A DNA stretch of 64,000 bases from an uncultured delta proteobacterium (GTDB lineage: Bacteria; Myxococcota; Myxococcia; Myxococcales; Myxococcaceae), in assembly GCA_963796055.1 (NCBI GenBank), contig CAWCKH010000004.1, forward strand, positions 480,001 through 544,000, given 5' to 3'. The notes under the pieces were generated by a model that saw only the letters and a program-made list of their open reading frames with translations, did not search any database and had not been told where the DNA came from. Each line of letters opens with the position of its first letter. The first letter of the stretch is position 1. Both the position numbers and the translations under genes were made by a program. Of this stretch, positions 31,064-42,561 are shown in pieces.

Positions 31064-31289
31064 CGCGAGCTCCTCCAGGACCGCGCGCGGGCGCACCATG
31101 CGGCGCGCGCTGGCGGAGCACTCTCGAAGCGCGGCGGTGCAGCGGTCTTGTCCGCAGCGAACGCCGCGGCGGACGAACCCAACATCCGCCCGCGCCGCCG
31201 AGGCCGGAGGAGGACCTCGGGCCGGGCACGCCCCCGAGGCTAAGAGGCGGTAGGGCCGGTAGGGAATAGCTGACTGCGGCCGCCCTGAC

Positions 31290-32849
31290 CTAGGCGGTCG
31301 CCGCGGCGACGAACTGACTCGCCCACCGGGCGATGCCGAAGATGGTCTCCTGGGGGTTGACCCCCAGCGAGGTGGGGAACACCGAGCCGTCCACCACGAA
31401 GAGGTTGTCCATCGCGTGGTAGCGCAGCGTGCTGTCCACCACCGAGGTGCGCGGGTCGCTGCCCATGGAACACCCGCCCATCTGGTGCGCGGTGGCCACC
31501 CGTACCCGGCCCGCCTCCCAGGGCGCCGCGTCCATCGCCGGGTCGATGTCCGCCGCCCTCTGGATCCGCACCGGCCGGGCGTGCAGCGAGCGCACCTCGC
31601 GCGCGCCGGCGGCGAACTGGATCCGCGCCATCTCCTTGCACGCGGCGCGGAAGGCCTCGAAGTGGAAGGGGCGGAGCGGGTAGTCGATCGACACCCGCCG
31701 TTCGGCGGGGTCGCGGAGGGTCACCGTCCCGCCCGCATCATCCGGCAGCAGGCCGTCGTGGCAGATGGCGATGGTGCTCTGGGTGTACGGCAGCTGCTCC
31801 ATCAGCGCCTGGTGCTGCTCGCCGATGCCCGGGAACACCGTGGCGGCGATGAGCGGCATGATCGGCGGAACCTCGAGCAGGAAACCCAGCTTCCCCGGGC
31901 CGCGCTCGATGAAGTGGTGCGAGTAGGCCGCCTGGGGCGCACCGGCCCAGGGCGCCACCGGTTCGGGCATCACCGCGCTCATGATGACCACCGGGTGGAG
32001 GAAGAAGCGCTTGCCGACGTTGCCGTTGCCGTCCAGGCCCGAGCGGAGGAGCAGCGCGGGCGAGTTGATGGCCCCGCCGCACACCGCCACCGTCTTCGCC
32101 ATCACCGTGAGGGTCACCCCGGTGGGCCTGTCCGTCTCCGGATCGAGCAGCTGCGCCTCGACACCCCCCACCCGCCGGTTGCCGACCAGGAGGCGCCGGA
32201 CCGAGGCGTTGGCCTGCACCGTCATCCCCTTCTCCACCGCGTCGGGGATGAGCGTCACCAGCATCGACATCTTGGCGTCCAGGGGACAGCCCAGGCCGCA
32301 GTAGCCGAGGTTGGCGCAGTTGTTCACGTTGCGCCGCACGAGCCCCCGGGAGTATCCGAGCGCGCCGCACCCGTCCCAGAGGACCTGGTTGTTGGCGTTC
32401 ATCCGGTCGAGCGGCCACTCGGCGATGTGGAGCCGCTTCTCGATCGCTTCCCAGTGCGGGACGAGCGCCTCCTCGGTGAGGCCCTTCACCCCGTGGCGGT
32501 CTCGCCAGTGCTCCAGCACCCGGCGCGGGGTGCGGAACGAGGTGCACCAGTTCACCGTCGTCCCGCCGCCCACGCTCCGGCCCTGGAGGATGAGGACCGA
32601 CTGGTCGTCGGTCGCCCGGTTGCCCATCTCCTGGTACAGCCGGGGGTAGGAGTGGTCCTCGCGCCCGTCGAAGCTGCGCTTCGTCCAGTGCCCGCCCTCC
32701 TCGAGCAGCACCACCTCGAGGCCGCGCGCGGTGAGCCGCTCGGCCAGCACCGAGCCCCCCGCGCCAGAGCCCACCACCACCACGTCGCAGTGCAGGGTGG
32801 TGTTCACCGTGTGGTCACGGCCGGTGAGGATTCGCCCGGGTCTGCTCAT
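31290..32849 (-). CDS. GMC oxidoreductase
   Basis: [51 protein letters not shown]. Confidence 0.92.
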   Translation of the reverse strand: MSRPGRILTGRDHTVNTTLHCDVVVVGSGAGGSVLAERLTARGLEVVLLEEGGHWTKRSFDGREDHSYPRLYQEMGNRATDDQSVLILQGRSVGGGTTVNWCTSFRTPRRVLEHWRDRHGVKGLTEEALVPHWEAIEKRLHIAEWPLDRMNANNQVLWDGCGALGYSRGLVRRNVNNCANLGYCGLGCPLDAKMSMLVTLIPDAVEKGMTVQANASVRRLLVGNRRVGGVEAQLLDPETDRPTGVTLTVMAKTVAVCGGAINSPALLLRSGLDGNGNVGKRFFLHPVVIMSAVMPEPVAPWAGAPQAAYSHHFIERGPGKLGFLLEVPPIMPLIAATVFPGIGEQHQALMEQLPYTQSTIAICHDGLLPDDAGGTVTLRDPAERRVSIDYPLRPFHFEAFRAACKEMARIQFAAGAREVRSLHARPVRIQRAADIDPAMDAAPWEAGRVRVATAHQMGGCSMGSDPRTSVVDSTLRYHAMDNLFVVDGSVFPTSLGVNPQETIFGIARWASQFVAAATA

Positions 32850-33487
32850 GGCAGGGCTTCCCCGTGCCACACCCCGTTGTCGTCCGGCCGGGGCTGGCCG
32901 CCCCCCCGCCACTCGGGCTGAGAAGGCCCGTCCTGGAAGATGCCGGGCGGCCCCGAGTAGCCCACCGCAGGCCAGATGCTGTGGGACTGGTAGTACCCGG
33001 CGAGCACCAGGGTCCGCAGCGCGGCGTAACCGGTGCGCCGGACCGCGAGCCGGCTGTCCCGCCACTCGGCCAGCACCGCGTCCTGCTCCGCGCCGACCAG
33101 CCCGGTGAAGGGCCGGATGCGGCCGCCGAAGAGGAAGCCGGCCAGAGCGTTCTCGAACAACCCCAGCAGCTGCTGGAGCTCCTTCTGGGCGCTGGGCTCC
33201 ACCCGCGCCGCGATGCGGTCCGCGGCACGGGCGACCCCCACCTCGTCCACGGTGGGCCAGCCCCGGCGGGGGCGGACCATGCGCCGCGCCACCGCGTCGA
33301 GCACCGCGAACTGCGCGGGGCTGAAGACCAGGAGCCCGTCCGCGGGCAGCTTCACCGAGACGCCGCCCCGCAGCGCGAGGAAGCCGGCCCCTCCGGCGGC
33401 GAGCAGCGCGCCTCCCAGCAGCCCCCTCTTGATGAGGGTGCGGCGGCTCAGGCTCGCCGGAGCGGGTTCGGGGTGGGGAATGTCCAT
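32846..33487 (-). CDS. Tat-exported partner subunit (gluconate 2-dehydrogenase subunit 3-like)
   Basis: LSRRTLIK twin-arginine motif; C-terminal GYY....WPAVGYSGP; coupled to the GMC gene. Confidence 0.8.
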   Translation of the reverse strand: MDIPHPEPAPASLSRRTLIKRGLLGGALLAAGGAGFLALRGGVSVKLPADGLLVFSPAQFAVLDAVARRMVRPRRGWPTVDEVGVARAADRIAARVEPSAQKELQQLLGLFENALAGFLFGGRIRPFTGLVGAEQDAVLAEWRDSRLAVRRTGYAALRTLVLAGYYQSHSIWPAVGYSGPPGIFQDGPSQPEWRGGGQPRPDDNGVWHGEALP

Positions 33488-33598
33488 GCGAGGCGGGACT
33501 CTAGGCAAGTCCGTCGCCGAACTGCCACGGACGGGAGGCCGTCACGCGAAGCCCCCTTCTCGACACCGTGTGGTCCCGCGTCTAAATGGACGGGAGCC

Positions 33599-34828
33599 AT
33601 GGGCAAGACACTGGCGATGATTCTGGCCGGAGGCGCTGGGACGCGGCTCGAGCCGCTCACCCGCGAGCGCGCCAAGCCGGCGGTTCCCTTCGGGGGGCGC
33701 TACCGGATCATCGACTTCGTCCTGTCGAACTTCGCCAACTCGGGTGTGCTGAAGATGAAGGTGCTCACCCAATACAAGTCCGACTCGCTCAACAACCATC
33801 TCTCACGGGCCTGGCGGCTGAGCAGCTTCCTCGGGCAGTTCGTGGACGTGGTGCCGGCGCAGATGCGGACCGGGCTCGACTGGTACAAGGGCAGCGCCGA
33901 CGCCATCTACCAGAACCTCAACCTCATCACCGACGAGGAGCCGGACCAGATCTTCGTCTTCGGCGCGGACCACGTCTACCGCATGGACGTGTCGACGATG
34001 CTCGAGCACCACCTGAAGCAGAAGGCCGACTGCACCGTGGCGGCGATCCCGGTGCCCCTCGAGGAGGGCCGGGACTTCGGCATCATCGACGTGGGGCCGG
34101 ATGGTCGAATGCGCGGGTTTCTCGAGAAACCGAAGAACCCACCCCCGATGCCGGGCAATCCCAGGATGTGTCTGGCGTCGATGGGGAACTACCTCTTCGA
34201 GACCGAGACCCTGGTGCAGGAGGTGGTCCGCGACGCAGCCAACGACCAGAGCGCGCACGACTTCGGCAAGAGCATCATCAGCGACCTGTACAAGCATGCC
34301 CGGGTCTACGTGTACGACTTCGCCGAGAACTCCTATCCCGGGCAGGAGGCCAAGGAGCGCGGCTACTGGCGCGACGTGGGGAACATCGACGTCTACTACC
34401 AGGCCAACATGGACCTGGTGGGGGTGGACCCGATCTTCAACCTCTACAACGACCGCTGGCCCATCTACACCCAGAACCGCTCCTACCCGCCGGCGAAGTT
34501 CGTCTTCAACGACGTGGAGAACGAGCGCGTTGGCTACGCCACCGACAGCCTGGTGTGCGACGGCTGCATCATCTCCGGCGGCCACGTGCACCTCAGCGTG
34601 CTCAGCCCCAAGGTGCGCATCAACTCGTTCACCCAAGTGAGCGAGAGCATCTTCTTCGAGAACGTCAACGTCGGCCGCCGCTGCCGGATCCGCCGCGCCA
34701 TCGTGGACAAGAACGTGGAGATTCCCGCGGGAACGACCATCGGCTACGACGAGGCCGATGACCGCCGCCGCTTCCACGTCACCTCCGAAGGGGTGGTGGT
34801 GATCCCCAAGGGGATGAAGGTCGCCTGA
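33599..34828 (+). CDS. glgC: Glucose-1-phosphate adenylyltransferase
   Basis: [50 protein letters not shown]. Confidence 0.96.
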   Translation: MGKTLAMILAGGAGTRLEPLTRERAKPAVPFGGRYRIIDFVLSNFANSGVLKMKVLTQYKSDSLNNHLSRAWRLSSFLGQFVDVVPAQMRTGLDWYKGSADAIYQNLNLITDEEPDQIFVFGADHVYRMDVSTMLEHHLKQKADCTVAAIPVPLEEGRDFGIIDVGPDGRMRGFLEKPKNPPPMPGNPRMCLASMGNYLFETETLVQEVVRDAANDQSAHDFGKSIISDLYKHARVYVYDFAENSYPGQEAKERGYWRDVGNIDVYYQANMDLVGVDPIFNLYNDRWPIYTQNRSYPPAKFVFNDVENERVGYATDSLVCDGCIISGGHVHLSVLSPKVRINSFTQVSESIFFENVNVGRRCRIRRAIVDKNVEIPAGTTIGYDEADDRRRFHVTSEGVVVIPKGMKVA

Positions 34829-34844
34829 ACCTGGGGGCTGCGTC

Positions 34845-35069
34845 CTAGCGCTGCCGGAAGATCCAGGCGAGCAGCGACAGCACCAGCGAGACCACGATCA
34901 TCGAGGCGATGGGGATGTACACCCGCACCCGGTCGTTCTCCCAGCGGATGTCGCCGGGCAGCCGCCCGAACCAGGACAGGCCGCCGGTCCACACCAGCAG
35001 GCCGGCCACCACCAGGCCCACCCCGATGAGAATCAGCATCAGTCCAGGTCCGCGGTCGCTCACGGCCAT
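34845..35069 (-). CDS. DUF2905 small membrane protein
   Basis: WFGRLPGDIR and YIPIASMIVVSLVLS motifs. Confidence 0.85.
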   Translation of the reverse strand: MAVSDRGPGLMLILIGVGLVVAGLLVWTGGLSWFGRLPGDIRWENDRVRVYIPIASMIVVSLVLSLLAWIFRQR

Positions 35070-35080
35070 TCTGGTCTAGC

Positions 35081-36175
35081 GTGGCCGCAGTGGCTCCGCC
35101 AGCGCCGGCCGACCCGCCCGAGCCCGACCGCCCGCCGTCTCCCCGGTACGGGGGTTTCCTGGTGCTGCTCGCCTGTCTGTCCACGGCGTGCAGCGCGCCG
35201 CTGGTGCCGGTGTTCACCGCCTCGGGCGATGCGCCGAGCCGCACCGGCCTCACCGCGCTGGGCGACGGGGCGGTCTTCGGAAACGACGCCGGGCGGGTGA
35301 TTCGCCTGGACGGAGCGGGGCGGGTGCTGTGGACGGTGGAGACCGGCGGGGAGATCGAGCTCCCGCTGGTGGTCACCGAGGACGGCGTGGTCGGTGCGGT
35401 GATCGGCGGGGACACGCTGGTCTCCCTGGATGCCGACACCGGTCACGAGCGGTGGCGCGCCGGCGGACAGCCCCCGGTGGCGGCGCTCGCCGCGGTGGGC
35501 ACCCGCCTGCTCCTCCTGGGGAAGGAGGGCGAGCTGCGCTCGTTCCCCGCGCTGGCCGGTGGACTGCCACTGCGTCGCGGGTGGAACGCCTCGCTCGGGC
35601 TGCGCGCCCGCGCTCCCCCCCGGGGGCTGCTCGCGCTCGAGGGCGGCGTGCTGGCCATCGGGCCCACCGCGATGCTCCTTCTCTCCGCCGAGGACGGCGC
35701 GCTCCGCTGGAAGGCGCCGATGCGCGACGCGACCGGGGCGGTGCTGGACGGCGACCAGCTCTGGACAGCCGAACAGTCCGGAAGGCTGGTGGTCCTGGAC
35801 CGGCGCTCGGGCGCGCAGCGACGCGTCGTCCCGCTGGGGCAGCACATCATCTCGCCTCCCAGCGCCGCGCTCGGCCACATCTGGGTGGGGCTGGAGGACC
35901 ACTCGCTGGTGGGCATCGACGCCCGCGGAGAGCAGCCCCCCTGGCGCGCGTCGCTGCCCGCGGCGCTGGTGGGCGGCGTGGCCGAGTGGCAGGACCGATT
36001 GCTCGTGCCCACCGCGGGCCGCGAGGGCCGGCTCCTGGCCATCGACCTCGCCCGGCCCGGCTCCCCGGCGGCCGCGCGGGTGGACAGCCCGCTCCGCACC
36101 AGGCCCCTGGTCCGGGGCAGCGTGGCCTGGATCCTGGCCGCGGATGGCCGGGTTCTCGGGTTCCGCTTCCGCTGA
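35081..36175 (+). CDS. PQQ-like/BamB-type beta-propeller protein
   Basis: Repeats LDGAGRVLW, LDADTGHERW, AEDGALRW; possible lipobox TAC. Confidence 0.75.
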   Translation: MAAVAPPAPADPPEPDRPPSPRYGGFLVLLACLSTACSAPLVPVFTASGDAPSRTGLTALGDGAVFGNDAGRVIRLDGAGRVLWTVETGGEIELPLVVTEDGVVGAVIGGDTLVSLDADTGHERWRAGGQPPVAALAAVGTRLLLLGKEGELRSFPALAGGLPLRRGWNASLGLRARAPPRGLLALEGGVLAIGPTAMLLLSAEDGALRWKAPMRDATGAVLDGDQLWTAEQSGRLVVLDRRSGAQRRVVPLGQHIISPPSAALGHIWVGLEDHSLVGIDARGEQPPWRASLPAALVGGVAEWQDRLLVPTAGREGRLLAIDLARPGSPAAARVDSPLRTRPLVRGSVAWILAADGRVLGFRFR

Positions 36176-36178
36176 CGC

Positions 36179-36835
36179 CTAGCGCCGGACGAGCGCCAGC
36201 CGGACGCCGAGCGCCACCAGGACGCCGCCGGTGATGCGCTCGCGCCACGCGCCCCCGGCCACCCTCCGGCCCGTCCGAGCGGCGACCACCGCCACCAGCG
36301 CGTCGCCGATCACCCCCAGTGTCCCGAGCACTCCGCCAAGCACCAGGAACTGGAACAACACCCCGCCACGCTCGGGCCGCACGAACTGCGGCAGGAAGGC
36401 GAAGAAGAAGACCGCCACCTTGGGATTGAGGAGCCCGGTGAGCACCCCGTGGCCCAGTAGCCGCGAGCTCGGGACGCGTGGCGCCTCGGCCGCAGGCCGG
36501 TCCGGGGGCGCCACCGGACGTGCACCGAGGGTCCCGGCGATCATCCGCGTCCCAAGCACCACGAGGTAAACCGCACCGACCAGCTTCACCACGGTGAACG
36601 CCGTCGCCGAGGCCAGCAACACCGCCGACAGCCCCAGCGCAGCGGCCACGGTATGCCCCAGCGTCCCGAGGTTCAGCCCGACGCTGGTGAGCAGCCCCGA
36701 GCGCACGCCCCCCTGGAGAGTGCGGGCCATCACCAGCGCCTGGCCCGGACCGGGGGCGGCGACGAGTGCCGCCGCAGCGCCCAGGTAGGTACCGAACGTC
36801 TTCGCGTCGAACAGCTCCCAGGGAGCCCAGTGCAT
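36179..36835 (-). CDS. LysE/RhtB-family exporter
   Basis: APGPG, VKLVGAVYLVVLG, LLNPKVAVFFFAFLPQF. Confidence 0.9.
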   Translation of the reverse strand: MHWAPWELFDAKTFGTYLGAAAALVAAPGPGQALVMARTLQGGVRSGLLTSVGLNLGTLGHTVAAALGLSAVLLASATAFTVVKLVGAVYLVVLGTRMIAGTLGARPVAPPDRPAAEAPRVPSSRLLGHGVLTGLLNPKVAVFFFAFLPQFVRPERGGVLFQFLVLGGVLGTLGVIGDALVAVVAARTGRRVAGGAWRERITGGVLVALGVRLALVRR

Positions 36836-36949
36836 GGCCGGCCGCTCTAACCAGCACCCCGTCGGCGCGCAGCCTCTCGTTCCAAACTGCGCACTTGTCT
36901 CGGTGAACTGTGCCGGCACGCTCGGTTCTGCCGCTACAAGCCCAGGAAC

Positions 36950-39124
<2,175 letters not shown>

Positions 39125-39153
39125 GGCCGGAGGGAAGGGTCAGCCGACGGAGC

Positions 39154-39575
39154 TCAGGAAGCACGACGCGTTCGTCCCGCCCGGGCCTGGAGCCGCCGTG
39201 CCCAGCGGCTGGCTGGCTTCAGCACCAGCCGCTCGGCGAGGTAGTGGCGGGCCAGCGTCGACTGTCTGCTGCGGATCGCGGACTCGACGAGGGTAAGGGT
39301 CAGCACGTCGCGCTGGGCGTGGCTGCCTCCGAAGCGTGAGGCGATGTCGCGCACCGGCAGCAGCTCGGCCACCACCTCCGCATGCCGGCCCTGGCCGAAG
39401 GCGCGGATGGCGCGGCAGACGCCAGGGTGGTGTGGTGGTGGATCACCTCGATGGTCGGGAACCGGGCCAGCTCGGTGACGAGCTCCTCGACGAAGCCGCG
39501 GGCCATGTATCCCTGCTCGGGATCGCCCGACGGATTGTCGAACGGAAGGACTGCGATGGCCGCTGAGGCGCCCAT
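39154..39575 (-). pseudogene. Chimeric remnant: TolB-like N-terminal motif joined out of frame to a TTC38-like TPR C-terminus
   Basis: IAVLPFDNPSGDPEQGYMARGFVEELVTELARF, then in another frame CRAIRAFGQG..RFGGSHAQRDVL..TL. Confidence 0.65.
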
Positions 39576-39739
39576 ACCGGCCGAGTCTGGTCCTGCAACA
39601 GCCCTGCAGGAAAGCCACCCGGCACCACGGGCGTCGGGCGGGTCACTTGCTCAACGTCATTCCCGAGCCGCCCACCCCGACCGGGAAGTCCCTCATCTTC
39701 GGGAGCCCATCGGGCAGGTGGAGGTGTGCTCTCGAGTGT

Positions 39740-40627
39740 TCAGCGAGGCTCGGCGGACGCGGTGGCGGTCTCCGGGCGCGGCGGACGCGGGTCGGGAACC
39801 CGGTTCTTCACCGCGGGATGGAGCGGAGGTAGGCCGCGGGCGATCTGCCTCGCGTCGGGCGTCCCCGCGGCGGCGGCAAGGGCGGCGAGGGTGGTCGGCT
39901 GAAGCCCGGCGATCCACGCGCCGATGGGCCGGACCGCGGAGGCGTCGACCAGGTGGGTGCCGATGGGCGGCATCTGGTCCGCCGGGGCCCGGCTCGACAG
40001 ACGGTGCAGCAGCGCGCTCCGGGAGGGCTGGCCCGGGGCCAGACGGAGCAGCGCCTCCGCCGCCCCGGGCGGCTGGTAGCGGCTCGGCACGGCGACCGCC
40101 GTCGCCAGAGGACCTTCGCCCGTGCGTGGGACGAGCCGCTGCACGAGGTCGAGCCCGAGCGACCCGAGCCTCACCGCGCGCATCGTGGCACCCCCCGCAG
40201 TTGCCATGAAGGTAGCCGAGCGCCGCACGGGCGACCGAGGTCGGCGCCTCGACCCGGGTGGCGCCTCGAGCAGCGCGCGCGGGAGTCGCCGCACCATCCC
40301 GGTGCGGACCGCCGAGGTGAGATCCACTGCGCCTTGGGGGAGCGGCTCGGCGTGCGGCGCAAGGGGGTCGGTCGGCGAGAGCTGCAGTGCGGAGAAGCCG
40401 AGCACTGGCGTCCGCCCCGCCCCGTGGCACGCCTCGCAGTCCCCGGTCGAGGGCAGGTCGTGCAGCGCACCACCGTCGAGCCAGACCACCGCGGGAGCAC
40501 ACGCCGGGGCCGTGCCGGAGAGCGCGACGGCGGCCAGCCCGGCGACGAGGCGGCGAACTGCGGGCAGACGCAGGCCCCCGGCGTCCACCCCCGCGGGGTG
40601 GCGCCCTGTGGTGCGCTCCTCGCTCAC
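39740..40627 (-). pseudogene. Degraded c-type cytochrome-like protein
   Basis: CEACH..PVLGFSALQL in one frame; ARAALGYLHGNCGGCH in a second; SALLHRLSSR..QMPPIGT back in the first. Confidence 0.65.
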
Positions 40628-40631
40628 GGAA

Positions 40632-41585
40632 TCAGCTCAGGGGAATCTGCTTGGCGTGCCGCGCGAGCCACTGGCGGAAGGTCTGCAGCCCCGGGTAGAG
40701 CGCACGGGCCTGGTCCACCGGTCGGGCGCCGCAGAACTCGCGCTCGAAGTCGTGCTTGTACTGGAACATGTTCCCCAGGTCCTCGGCACCGGGGAACCCG
40801 AGCTTCCGGTACGCCTCGAACGACATCGCCTGGTAGCGCACCGGCTGCCCGAGGGCGGTGGACAGCTCCGCGGCCATCTCCGCGCCGGTCAGGTGCTCGC
40901 CGGCGATGCCGATGGTGCGGCCGACCATCTCCACCCCGCGGAGGAAGATGCCGTAGGCGCAAGGGCCGATGTCCTCGGCCGCGATGCCCGGGAGCTTCCG
41001 GTCCCCCATGGGCAGCGCGAAGACCAGCTGCCCCGAGGAGTCCTTCTTCGGCCCCGCCCCGAAGTTGATGAGGTTGTCCCAGTAGAACGAGGTGCGCAGC
41101 AGGGTGGTGGGCGCCTTGGCCTCGGCGAAGACCGCGTCCGCCTCCCCCTTCCCGTCGAAGTGGGGCACCTTGTAGCGGTTCAGCAGGGTGGGCATCCGGT
41201 CATCCGACAGCGGGACCCGCTCCCGGGTGTCCTCGAGCGTGGACCAGATGACGTGCCGGACGTCGGCCCGGGCCGCGGCGCCGGCCATGGCCCTTGCCTG
41301 GGCCACCTCCCGGTCGGGCGAGAAGTGCTCCCAGAAGTTGGTGATACAGAACGCGCCCGTCGCCCCTGCGAAGGCGTGGTCGAGGGTCGTCGGGTCGTCC
41401 GCATCGGCGCCCACCACCTCCGCGCCCTGCGCAGCGAGCGCCAGGGCCTTCTCGGACCCGGGGTTCCGGGTGATCGCGCGGGCAGTGAAGCGCCGCTCGG
41501 GGTCCTGGAGGATGGCCCGGACGAGGCCGCTGCCCTGCGCGCCGGTGGCGCCGATCACTGCGATGATGGGTTTCTGGGAAGCCAT
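40632..41585 (-). CDS. NmrA/HSCARG-family NAD(P)-binding protein
   Basis: IAVIGATGAQGSGL, AFCITNFWEH, WSTLEDTR, VPHFDGKGE. Confidence 0.92.
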   Translation of the reverse strand: MASQKPIIAVIGATGAQGSGLVRAILQDPERRFTARAITRNPGSEKALALAAQGAEVVGADADDPTTLDHAFAGATGAFCITNFWEHFSPDREVAQARAMAGAAARADVRHVIWSTLEDTRERVPLSDDRMPTLLNRYKVPHFDGKGEADAVFAEAKAPTTLLRTSFYWDNLINFGAGPKKDSSGQLVFALPMGDRKLPGIAAEDIGPCAYGIFLRGVEMVGRTIGIAGEHLTGAEMAAELSTALGQPVRYQAMSFEAYRKLGFPGAEDLGNMFQYKHDFEREFCGARPVDQARALYPGLQTFRQWLARHAKQIPLS

Positions 41586-41649
41586 GGCGGACGTCTCCTG
41601 GACGGGGTGCGGACGAGACCACCCCGCCCGGCCTTCGTCCACCTGGCGC

Positions 41650-42027
41650 GGGCATATACGACGCCCGGCCACACTCGCGGGGCGACGACCTGGATGACCG
41701 AGCTGGTGGACGGGGGCCGGGCCTACCTGGTCGTCTTCCGGACGGCACGAGCATCAACCCGGGCTACCGCGTCGCCAGGGACCCGTCCTATCCGGGGATC
41801 GAGGCCGACTCCGCCGGACCCTGCACCGCCTGGAGATGCTGAGGCCGGACATCTGGCTCAATCATCACACCCAGGTGTTCGACCTGGAGGGCAAGCGGAA
41901 GCGCGTCGCGGCCGAGGGGGTGAAGGCGTGGGTGGACCCCGAGGGGTACCGGCGCTTCGTCGCCAGGCAGCGCCGCACGTTCGAGGACGAGGTGGACGCG
42001 GAGCTTGCGCCCAAAGGGGCTCGGTGA
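41650..42027 (+). pseudogene. C-terminal fragment of a subclass B3 metallo-beta-lactamase-like gene
   Basis: TPGHTRGATTW, then after frameshifts INPGYRV...YPGIEAD and LEMLRPDIWLNHH...WVDPEGYRRFV. The N-terminal HxHxDH part is absent. Confidence 0.7.
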
Positions 42028-42512
42028 TTCTGTGCTTCGTGGACGGGGACCTCCGTGTCCCCGCACTCTGCATGGAGGCTCTGGCACGCGAGGTCGCCAG
42101 CGCCATGCGCCAGTCCCTGCTCCGGGAAGACCTCCATCATCGCTCCGCCCGCGACCTCGCGGGAGAGGACTTCGACGAGAAGCTCCGACGCCACGCAGAG
42201 TTTCTCCGGTCCCGACTCGCATCCGCCGAGGGGATTGACTCCGTCGTGAAGACCGTGATCCCGGTCCTGCGGCGCAGCGCGAACGTGGAGCAGGCGCGTG
42301 CGGACGACGAGACGCTGCTCCGGAAGATCCTCTCGGTGGTCGGGCTCCTCTCGGTGATCGCGCCGCACTCCGCGGCGCGCCACCCGTTCCCAGCCCCCGG
42401 TGGTGGGGCAGGGCCGGCCGGCGGGACTCCTGCCGAGGCGCGCGTCTCGGTCCGCCCCCCGTATCCCCGCCCTCGACCGGAAGACCTCGACCGGCGGCGC
42501 CGGCGGAAGTGA
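42024..42512 (+). CDS. Hypothetical helical protein
   Basis: Open frame from GTG 42024 with coding-like composition; no motif recognised. Confidence 0.35.
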   Translation: MILCFVDGDLRVPALCMEALAREVASAMRQSLLREDLHHRSARDLAGEDFDEKLRRHAEFLRSRLASAEGIDSVVKTVIPVLRRSANVEQARADDETLLRKILSVVGLLSVIAPHSAARHPFPAPGGGAGPAGGTPAEARVSVRPPYPRPRPEDLDRRRRRK

Positions 42513-42561
42513 GCGGCGGGCAGAATGCGTTCCGGTCACGGACGGCGAGCGTCCGGGACGG

